From the NCBI GenBank assembly GCA_002633005.1, contig NMRA01000048.1, positions 624,303 through 688,302 on the forward strand: a DNA stretch of 64,000 nucleotides, read 5' to 3'. Under the pieces are notes generated by a model. The model searched no databases. It was not told the DNA's origin and saw nothing but the letters and a program-made list of their open reading frames with translations. Of this stretch, positions 38,672 through 48,660 are shown piece by piece. How positions within the stretch are numbered: position 1 is the first letter of the stretch; each line of letters starts with the position of its first letter. The position numbers and the translations under genes are program-made. Source of the stretch: Phoronis australis. Lineage: Eukaryota; Animalia; Phoronida.

Positions 38672-41600
38672 ATATCTTTCTCAGGCTCAGCGAAGGCGCA
38701 AGACACTGCTTTCGACTGTACACGACACAGGAAATCGTCGAAAGGTTCGTTGCTTTTTTGGGCAAGTTCGGAAAATTCCAAACGAGCAACCCATTGATTA
38801 GGGGTGCCGACCAGGTAGTCTTGAAATTTCTTAAATACATTGGCTGGTATCTTTTTCTGGTCATCGCTCAACTTCCATGTTGTCATTAGCTCATTGCCAT
38901 TTTGCCCCGTTGACAGGAGAATGTGCCACTGTTTGGCAGCCGTGATCTCTCCAATAGCAAAATAGCTTGTAAACAGGTTTTTCCACTCTTGGAAAGCTAG
39001 TGCTTGGTTAGGTGCATCCCATCGTAGCTTGGGTAACTCGACACCTCCCGTTGCCATATTGAACACAGGTAAGTATATCCAAAACCACGAGGTCAGGCAG
39101 GAAAATTGGCCAAAAACTTACAGGAGTTTAAAAGGTCGACGTTGGAGTCATCCGTCCACAGAACAGCCTCAATCGGTAACATCATTTATGAATGCATCTC
39201 CACATGGGCCATTTAACACCGCTGCCACCATGTTGTGTTGTGTATTTTCAATAAAATACAAGAGACTGGTAGCCATAGCTCAGCCATTTATTGGGTGAAC
39301 ACTAGAGAGAGAGCATAGTGTGCAGCGCCCTCCTACATCACATATATGAGCTACCAAACTACATACATATGAAGTGATATCCTATAACAGTGGCGATGTC
39401 TTTATAATACACGCGGCGCTTGTTCAGCTGCAGTTCTTCTACTTCATGCATTTCAGATGACGCTGGTTGTCTTCTCGCTGGAGTGGTTGTCTTTGGACAT
39501 AAGTTGGCAGTTCTCAGCTTTCGGCTGAACATAAGTTCAGCGGGGGAGGTCATCTGTGGGTTTGTGGGTGTGGTCATGTATTGGAGAAAAGCTTTGTCCA
39601 GGTGCTTTGTCTTCAACATCAGGTTCTTGACGGTACGAATCTACGAATCATGCGTTCAATGAAGCCATGTGAGCGGGGGTGGTGGGGCGATGAAGTGATA
39701 TGTAAAATGTCGAACATCTTTACCATGGCTCTGACGGGGGCTCCGATGAATTGGGGCCCGTTGTCGGTGATCAAGGTGTCGGGTGGACCAAACATGGTGA
39801 AGATATGGCTGAAGATGCTCGCAACTCGCTGACTGGTAGAGGTGTTCAGCTTCTCGACAATGAAGTACTTGGAGACATAATGAGTGACGATGAAATATTC
39901 TTGGCCGTTTATATAAAACAGGTCAGCACTAATGGTGTGCCAGGGGATGTTTGGTATGTCATTGGTGACAGATTCCAGAGGTTCTTTGGTGAAGAGCTCT
40001 GATGTTTCTGGCATGTTTCGCAAGTGGGTACGAGGTTTTCTATGTCCTTCATAATGCCATGCCAATAGATGGTGGATCAGGCCAGTTACTGTCTGCAATG
40101 GAGCCTGTGCAAATAGTCTTGTTGAAGCGAGAGTGGTATGAGCACCTGAGTTCCCTTGAGGAGAAAGCCATCCTCGATGGTCAGCAGATCTCTAATGGAC
40201 CAAAAAGAGCGGATGTTAGCCGGTAAGTCGCGTGCCTTTGCTGGGAAACCACCGAATCCAGAGAGCCAGTGTTTCGTGTCTTTATCAGTTCTTTTTTAGT
40301 TCTTGTAATTGGTGGGTTGAGAACTGTACGAAGTTCACTCTGAGGTCAAGTGGAATTTCCTTGTAGACATTGGCAGTAGGGAGACGCGACAATCCGTCGG
40401 CAAGGACCGTCTCGGGTCTGTTATGTATAGAGCAAGTCAGGTGATCCAGTGAGTTAGTTTATTGCTCATGTAACTGGCACTTTTGCACAATTTGGTCAAG
40501 TGTCAGATCCTCTGACCAAAGTTTATCACACTAAGCAGTATCTCTCACCCCTAGACTGATCTGCTTACACAATTGTCTGTCCAATGTGTCCCCAAAATCG
40601 CAGTAGGACGCGGTTTCGCGTAAATTGGTGATGTACTGCGCAATAGATTGCACTTCTTTTTGGATCCGATCGTCAAATTGTTTAATGTATAATTTTGTTA
40701 CCTTCCTAGGTTCAAAAAAGTCATCGAACATCTTTTTCACTTCTTCATAATTGTGCTTCTCTGCGTCGTTTACGAAGATGTAGTTTTCATACACAGTCTG
40801 ATACTGTGAACCCATCGAATATATCAGGATCGCAACTTTCCTAGCGTCCTCCGCATTGTTCAGTGCTGCCACGATGAAGAAATTCGCTTAATCTGCTTTG
40901 TGAGCCTTCCACGATTGTACAATGTTATGTCCGTCGTCAAATTTCGGGCACACAAACATGGAGCCCGCTGTCATGTTATTAGATGTGGTGTGGTTACTTG
41001 ATGATCACTTAAGATGGAAGTAAGAGTAAAATTCTATTGTCTTAACACACTACATCATACAGGAAGAAGCACTGCATTATAGGTCAGGCACAATGGGATT
41101 AATGCTAACAGGTGTTACAAATAAATATTATGACATCTCCCCTTCTTGAAGAAACAGATGAAGCTGACATGAAAAGTCTAATATCCTTTAAACTACGACA
41201 ACAAATGTTCCGTGTAACACTTAAGGTGTTAACAAAAAAAGAAAACTAATAAAATAAAATGCTCCGTTTTCACAAGTCCATTCTCTGAGGTTTCCGCACA
41301 GCACGTCCACGTCGGGTAGTCGCAGGAGTATCAGTATGAATTTCGTTAGGGATATTTGGTTCTTTGGCATCGATGTGTCGAGTTCGGTCTGCTGGTCAAT
41401 TTCTAAGTTTTCTGAGGTCTTGCGCAAATGTCTTCTGTTGCGACGGAAAGTTCCTCGGTTGGTTGTCACCTTGTACGATCGGGGTATGGCTTCCTGACTG
41501 AGAACCTTTCCAGGTTCCCACATCTTGGTATCTATTTAGCATGCATACATTGTCGCTCGGATATAGTGGAGGTAACTGTTTTGAGCCGGGGAAGTTGCGC

Positions 41601-43511
41601 TTCTGTGCTTCTTGGCGCATTTGAAGTGCTTCGTTGCTCTCTCCGTTCCCCTTGGTAGGCAAAGAAGGTAGCATGGTGCGATACCTTCTGCCGTTGAGCA
41701 GTTTACTTGGAGACGGAGTTTTGTGATCAATCGGTGTTGATCTTAGGCACAACATTGCCAAGTGGGGGTCACTGCCTGTCTCGAAGGCCTTGGTGAATAG
41801 ATTCTTCACTGTCTGTACCATTCTTTTGATGAACCTGTTGACTTGGGGAAACATCAGTGATGTTGTAACATGTTCTAGTTCGTATACTTTAGCGAACTGT
41901 TTGAACTCGTATGATGAGAACTGTGGTCCGTTGTCTGAGACGATCTTCTCGGGGAGACCGTGTTCATCAAATATAGTCTTCAAATGGTTGATGACAGAAC
42001 CGGACGTAGTTAAGTGTAATCTTCGTACGATGGGAAACTTGCTGTACATGTCAGCGACCAAGAGATAGTCCTTCTGTTGCCAGTAGAATAGGTCCATACC
42101 AATTGTGTGCCACGGTCTAGGTGGAACGTCTAGTGGTAATAGAGGTTCTTTGCCATTTGCATTCTGGTGGGCTTGGCACGATGCACAATTGAACACGATG
42201 GCGTCGATGTCCTTGTTGATTCCATCCCAGAATACTGTCGTTCGGGCTCGTAATCGGCACTTTTCGATTCCTTGGTGGGCATAATGAATCTGTTTGAGCA
42301 CTGTTTGGCGTAATGATTGTGGCACGACTATACGTCTTCCTTTGATGATGATTCCATCTTCAACTCCCAACTCGTCTCTGAAGTTCCAGTATCCATGCAG
42401 AGTGGTGGGGCAATCAGCTTTGGAGTTAGGCCATCCATCGGCAATCATGTTTCGTAGTACCATCATCTCAGGGTCCTTCGCTGTCTCATAGCGGATCTGA
42501 GTTGGACGAGTATGACTGACATTCAGTTGGTGTAAGGTGCTCTGTTATACCAATAAAGTCATATATCCAGTATATTAATACGTTTATTATGGAGAGCACA
42601 AATACACTACTTATCAAATCGAGCTGTAGCCATTAGAGGAAGTAGGTCAAGTTCAATGTGGCTTCCAAATAACAACATTACTTAACTAACACATGACATC
42701 TCCCGTCTTCAAAAGAAAAACAAAAGAATATTCAACTACACTAAACTAACTTATGAAAAGTTTACGAAAGAACAAAGTCCTTGAAGCGACTGGGTAGCTT
42801 GATTTGTCGTTTAGGTCTGCCACCTGTAGACTCGGGCTGCGGTGGTTGGTTGGTTTGTTGAATAAGGCGTCCGCCGGGGGTTTCCAACTTACAATCGGGT
42901 GGCAACGTTGGTGGTGGGAGTTTTGGTTCACTAGATGAAGTCTCCGGCTGTGGGGACAGCTTTGATGCAGGACAATCTTTCGAGTCTGGATCCAGACGCT
43001 GGGGTATCAGGCTTGGCTTTATATGCACACGGTTTCTTGAGTACTTAACACCGGCAGTGTCTTTGACAGTATACGACCGTTCACCGTCTGTAGATGAGAT
43101 TGTGCCTTGTGCCCACTTAGTCTTGTCCGAAGACGGGTTTCTAATGAACATTACTGGTTGGTTCTCGGAGAGACGGGTGGCTTGCTGTCGGTTGGCGTTC
43201 TTGTAGTCTGTGTGCTTTTCAGAACGGGTACCGGCTTTTTCCGACACGTGGTTGTCGAAAAATGTGATGGGTATACTCGGCAGGTCGGTTTTCACCTTGC
43301 GGTTGAACATTAGTTCGAACGGGGATGGAATGCCATGGGACAATGGGGTGTCTCTGACGCACAACAGGATGTCTTCCATTGTTAGACTTTCTTCGCCTTT
43401 AGATTTCTCCATTAAGAGCTTTAGCATTCCTATTGATCTTTCACATCTCCCGTTTTGCCATTGGGAATGCGGTGTGGCAGGTTCATGAACTATGTTGTAC
43501 TCCATGCACAG

Positions 43512-43992
43512 NNNNNNNNNNNNNNNNNNNNNNNNNNNNNNNNNNNNNNNNNNNNNNNNNNNNNNNNNNNNNNNNNNNNNNNNNNNNNNNNNNNNNNNNN
43601 NNNNNNNNNNNNNNNNNNNNNNNNNNNNNNNNNNNNNNNNNNNNNNNNNNNNNNNNNNNNNNNNNNNNNNNNNNNNNNNNNNNNNNNNNNNNNNNNNNNN
43701 NNNNNNNNNNNNNNNNNNNNNNNNNNNNNNNNNNNNNNNNNNNNNNNNNNNNNNNNNNNNNNNNNNNNNNNNNNNNNNNNNNNNNNNNNNNNNNNNNNNN
43801 NNNNNNNNNNNNNNNNNNNNNNNNNNNNNNNNNNNNNNNNNNNNNNNNNNNNNNNNNNNNNNNNNNNNNNNNNNNNNNNNNNNNNNNNNNNNNNNNNNNN
43901 NNNNNNNNNNNNNNNNNNNNNNNNNNNNNNNNNNNNNNNNNNNNNNNNNNNNNNNNNNNNNNNNNNNNNNNNNNNNNNNNNNNNNNNNNNNN
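43512..43992. other. Assembly gap (N run)
   Basis: 481 N; another 11-N gap lies at 21824-21834. Confidence 1.
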
Positions 43993-44245
43993 ACTCAATT
44001 CTCACTCAGATTTTTTCTAAGTCTGAAATTCTCACTGATTCTCACTCAGAATTTTTCTAAGACCAAAATTCTCACTGGATTCTCACTGTTACATAACATT
44101 TTCTCACTCATTCTCACTGACTGCCCCTGTTGTTCAATTCCCACTGGGTTCTTACTGGCATTTCTAACTATAATTGGTGATTTAGTGAAAATCTAACTGG
44201 AATCTAACTGGAATCCAGTTAGATTCTCACTTTCTTTTTCGTAAA
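43993..44245. mobile_element. End of a second CACTA/EnSpm-like element inside K
   Basis: Clustered TTCTCACT subterminal repeats and terminus CTTTTTCGTAA resembling the 31435 TIR; the other end is in the gap. Confidence 0.55.
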
Positions 44246-45756
44246 CCTTTCTGAATAATTACACACAGCTCACTGAGGGCTGGGTCATTTCTTGTCTCAT
44301 GTTTTATTTTTTCCACGTCTGATTCGGTTGCTGAGTTCACCTCAAAAATTCCGACTGTCATAACATCAGACAACATTACTTAATTAACACATGACAGTTG
44401 GAGCTGTATCTCGTGTACGGTTATGTCAAATCCTGGGATTGTATCTGCAGCACATGGGTCAATACGTGATAGGGCATCTGCTAGCGGAACTTTGTTCTTG
44501 CCTACGTACACTAAGTCGAAGTCATATTTCTGGGTCCTTAGCAGCATACGGGCAAGCCGGGGTGATGCGCTTGAGATAAGTTTCTTCGTAATAGATTCCA
44601 ACGGCTTATGGTCACTTGAACATGTCTGCCATATAATTGTAATGGTGGAAGGCTTCCAGACCAAACACGACCGCTAGATATTCTCTCTTAATATTAGAAT
44701 AACGCGATTCGGTTTCTGTTAGTTTGCTTCTATACTCGATTGGTCCACTTTCCAGGAGTAGTGCGGCTCCTAGACCTTTGGATGAGGCGTCGACCTGTAC
44801 TACTTGTGGTTTTGAGTTATCATAGTACTGCAGTGTTTCTGGATTGGTGACTAGGGCTTTGACTTGATCTACTGCCTTCTGGTGCTCAGGTCCCCAGATG
44901 AACTCGTTCTTTTTATTGATCAAGTCCCATAGTGGTGCGGCTACCGACGCTAACTTGGAGGTGAATCGGCTCAGGAATTGGGTCATGCCGAGGAATGTTT
45001 GAAGACTTCGAGACTTTGTGAAGGGTCCATACGGGCGATGGCTTCAGTCTTGCGTGGATCAGGGCGTATGCCGTTGCGACTAATAATTTGACCGAAAAAC
45101 GGGATTTCACTACACCGCATGTGACATTTATCAGCATTGAACTTTATTCCTGTCTGTCGAGCGACAGCCGCCATCTTGAATTTTCGCAATGCAATGTCCG
45201 ACCTCTAATTCTTCGTCAAAATCACTATTACAGCGTGCAGATACTCGTTAGACGGAATGTTTCAGAAACTTGACGTTCCAAAGATCAACAATGCCCTAAG
45301 ACTCACTCCTGACACCATGTTATATATGCAGGAAAGGCCGAAGCTGAAGAGACAACTCGTGTCCGTGTTAGATACTACTGTATTCGACGCCGGGTGGCGC
45401 TATACATAACAGGGTCCAGGTCTGTATTTGATCTGATAGTCATATTTTTGTAAATGCAGAAGCATGTGCTGCAGTCTGGCAGGTGCCTTGTGCAGGGGCT
45501 TGGTCACAATCATTTCCAGTGGCTTGTGGTCACTTTCTATAAGGAATGGTTGGCCAAAAAGGTCTTTACCGAAATCACATGCGAGTAGTTCTCGATCGAT
45601 GTTAGCGTAACGACTCTCTGTGTCTGTGAGCGTCTTAGAGGCAAACACGATGGGTCAACCATTTTGCGTCAATGCCTCACCTAGGGCAGACTGAGATGCG
45701 TCGACCTGCACGACTAATGGGATCTTCGGAGGCATGGGTTTGTATCCCACCGCTGC

Positions 45757-46366
45757 GTGCAGGTGATTTTCAGTCATAAAACAGTTAAGTGCAGTAAGTT
45801 CCTGGTTTCATGGCAGGACATTCTTTCCAAGCACCACTGGCACTTTTGAGACTGAGCCGGTGCCGGCTTGTTGTCGTAATGGCGTTTGTCTGCGAAATTG
45901 ACTTGTTCATGGAGAGCGACTGCTTGCATGAAAGTCATGTTGGTTGTATCTGTTGCCTCCCAGGACTTGGCTTTGTTCAACTGTTCTTGGAAAGGTAGAG
46001 TTCTGCTGTCCTCTTTAAAATGATGAAGCAACTGTTCTCGTAGGTCTTTGTTTTGGACTCCTGTGCAGAACCTATCTCTCATTAGTTCTTGTAGAGGATC
46101 TGTCATGTCTGCGTATTTAGTCTTTGCGGCAACCGTGCGAATTCTTGTCTCAAAGTCGGTCACGGATTCATTCGGCTTTTGTGTCAAGTTAAAGAATTGT
46201 AATCTCTGGGGCTTGATGTCTCAAAATCCCACTCCTGACACCAAGTTAAGCCGTGAGTTTGGCTTTTGTTCGGATTATAACTACAACACTGCGTTCAAGT
46301 CGTTTATTCCAAAGATGGCGGACAATCGTCTCGCCCTCTAACGTATACAGAGTGAGGCTCTCAACA
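45757..46366 (-). mobile_element. Gypsy element B remnant inserted in the PBS of A
   Basis: LTR 46244-46366; PBS TGGTGTCAGGAGTGGGAT at 46226-46243; gag fragment 45774-46187 homologous to E gag (QELMRDRFCTG vs QELLRDRFVTG). Confidence 0.88.
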
Positions 46367-46372
46367 CCACCA

Positions 46373-46563
46373 TGTTATGTTTTTATGTTGGTTTCGGACC
46401 AAAGACGAAGAGCGACAAGAATGTGAACTAAGGCATATATATTGAGATTACATGAAACCATAAACCGGAGTCGGAACAGGAATTGCTAGGTAACAGAGCA
46501 TGCGTAATATACTAAGATCCTGGTAGCGACATCTTGAGTTACTTAACTGACCATAATGTAACA
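46373..46563 (-). repeat. 5' LTR of element A
   Basis: Direct repeat of 24277-24463; followed on the minus strand by the PBS start TGGTGG. Confidence 0.93.
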
Positions 46564-48499
46564 ACAGCAGGTTATAAAATTGTCTCAGAGTTGACTTGGC
46601 ACTTAGTCTATCAAGTTTCACCTACCTCCCTTCCTAAAAACAAATTTACTTCATCCTAAAGAAATTGATGTAAATCACTCAAGATCTGGTCTTAACTTTT
46701 ATTTTCAAAAAAAAAAAAATAATCATGGTTTTCCTGACAAATCAACTTATGTCAGTGTGGACATAGCCCAACAGACCATTTCTTCATGAAATGCCCCCGC
46801 AACAATCATCAACACCAATTGGCCTTCCGCTCTGAGAATTTACATATTTGGATCTTTTCATTCAAATTTAACAAATGTGGGATCGTGCAATTTTTTTACT
46901 GTGTGGAAGCAATATGTCTTGATGTATTTTCAAACACTATTGTACTTAATGTGTGTCAGAATATATCTTTAATAGCCATTTTAAAAACTAGTGGTATTAT
47001 CAGCACCAAATAAGCTTTCTTTTACCACTTCTCTTTTTCTTACTCTTTTTGTTTAATTAAAAACTTGTTGATTTCAAGTGTTGCATTGTCTGTGTTGTTT
47101 CTGTTTTACATTGCCTGTTATTAGTATGTCATGTGGTACAATGTCTCTGCAATGTAAACCCAGATATAATGATATACCTTCTGCCGTGGGTTATGTGTAT
47201 GAACTAAATATTTTTTGACTGAGAATAGCATGGCCTGAACTATGTGATTCAGCATATTAGTTCAAGACTCCTGTTCATTGCAGAAATTTCGTTGGCAGAG
47301 AGTTGCTTCTGGTAACATGACTGGAAATTTTCCCACATCCATTCACTCAAACATCCATTCTTAGAAACATCCCGATCACAGAAACATGCACTGGTAGGAC
47401 CAATCCATAGAATATACTGCAGTAAAATGATATTGAAAATAAAATTAGTTACAGTGATAATCACTCTAGTAATTACTATTATTACAATTACTATTACTAT
47501 TACACTTGGCAGGGCCGTTTTATTTATTAATATCCCTTATTTGAAAATTTGTAAACAAGAGAAATTTGTATTGATATTTTTATAATATAACCCACTTAAA
47601 ACACACCTCAGTTCTTACTCTTTCAACATAGCTGGCCTGTGAAAACCTCACCACCTAGACTTGGAAGCCACAGAGTTGTGGAACAAGCTGAAATTTTGAG
47701 AAAATAGCACAGGCTGTTTTGTCATGAGCTTTAGTGACAACTTGTTTCCATGCAGTGTATGTGATATTGAAGCACCAGCTGACACATTTGTGATCAGTTG
47801 TTATATATTACAAACAATGTCTACAATACTGTGTAATATATGAAAAGAATCATTCAATACAATACAGAAACGTATGAAAATTTTCCTCAAATGTTTGTTG
47901 ACAAACATAATTGAGGATTTCTTCGATTTTCTGAAGTACAAGTCTTAACTCTGAAACTGCGAATCGAAGTTGCATCAGAATTCAGACTGGAGATTGGCAA
48001 ACCAGAGAAAAAGCTCAGTCTAAGAAAAAGGCTCATTAAGGCTAGTTCCGTAACTGCACTGCGTATGATAACTATGTATAGGAATTTCCCAATGTTTGCA
48101 TCAAAAAATTATGAAGTCCAAGCCCAAGGCATTCAAATCAAAAAATCTGAACTCTCCTGTAAATATTAGACACATTGTGACTCAATACATGCTTTGGAAA
48201 GTCATGCTTTCATTCGAACTCAGTCAAGGTCATCATGTCTCACTTGAGGTTGGAAATTAAGGTGATCTACTTGAAATGATACTGACCTAATACAGCACAT
48301 AAGTAGTTTCTGTACAAAAACACGATGTAATGTTTCCTACCTTTTATGAGAATCTTGACATTTAGTGACAACCTTATGGGTTCAGTAACAGTTATACCTT
48401 GTTAAGGCAAAGATACATTAGTGACCATTTAGTCTCGCCCACAGACCAGAGACATATTAGTCACACCCATACAATATCTTCATGGAACTCTGTCTATCA

Positions 48500-48660
48500 C
48501 ATATTCTAAGACATTCTTGTCATATTCTAGCCATGACTAATTACTTTGTCACATTCTAGTCATGACTAATTACTTTGTCACATTCTAGCCATGACTAATT
48601 ACTTTGTCACATTTTAGTCATGACTAATCATTTAGTCACAGGCGCATATTAGTCATGACT
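48500..48660. repeat. ~29-bp minisatellite
   Basis: GTCACATTCTAGCCATGACTAATTACTTT units. Confidence 0.85.

Larger units (their letters stand above)
26074..39389 (-). mobile_element. Gypsy element D, nested in the integrase of A; frameshifted gag-pol
   Basis: LTRs 26074-26228 and 39231-39389; TSD ATGGC/GTGGC; PBS TGGTGGCAGCGGT (tRNA-Leu AAG/UAG-like); gag from 39057; CCHC knuckles and PR (ADTGA) 33298-33894; RT (IADDL) and RNaseH (VDAS) 31662-33205; INT 28853-29317 and 26460-27033. Confidence 0.93.
42531..44396 (-). mobile_element. Gypsy element K, nested in the pol of J; 5'-deleted; spans the gap
   Basis: 3' LTR 42531-42698 with PPT; 5' LTR remnant ~44371-44396; TSD GTTGG; INT C-terminal ORF 42762-43505; pre-INT segment ETRNDPALSELCVIIQKG near 44246-44370. 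Confidence 0.87.
40974..45190 (-). mobile_element. Gypsy element J (3' LTR, INT, RNaseH, RT end; 5' part lost)
   Basis: LTR 40974-41135 with PPT GAAGGGGAGA; INT ORF 41396-42466; RT/RNaseH ORFs 44380-45189; pol rejoins across K (VHEIQLQL|NVSHTRPTQIRYETAKD). Confidence 0.85.
40419..45411 (-). mobile_element. Composite Gypsy insertion G, nested in the pol of A
   Basis: TSD GGGTC at 40414-40418 and 45412-45416; termini TGTTATGTATAG/CTATACATAACA; 3' LTR remnant with AATAAA 40419-40465; gag fragment 40465-40973; LTR plus Leu-CAG-like PBS 45304-45411. Confidence 0.85.
24277..46563 (-). mobile_element. Gypsy element A, outer shell of the nest
   Basis: LTRs 24277-24463 and 46373-46563 (TG...CA); TSD ACAGC at 24272-24276 and 46564-46568; split PBS (46367-46372 plus 45744-45756); RNaseH-INT pieces at 45417-45735, 39395-40413 and 25666-26068 rejoin across inserts (KYRPG|PETVLADGLSR; YYKDIA|MKNWPPG). 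Confidence 0.93.

Noticed and set aside
24851-43505. Domesticated integrase gene cluster
   Set aside because: Most integrase pieces carry frameshifts, stops, truncations or lost catalytic residues (e.g. SYNG for SDNG in F) and retain LTR/TSD context, so there is no sign of protein-level conservation.
43433-44196. Long ORFs in the ORF track
   Set aside because: They consist mostly of the N gap.
40419-45411. DNA transposon with 12-bp TIRs
   Set aside because: The inverted ends are better explained as the terminal inverted repeats of an LTR (TG...CA, 5-bp TSD, AATAAA, adjacent PBS).
40419-46563. Concern that the nest is a scaffolding artefact across the 481-N gap
   Set aside because: Three TSD pairs (GTTGG, GGGTC, ACAGC) and rejoining reading frames span the gap; only the gap content is unknown.
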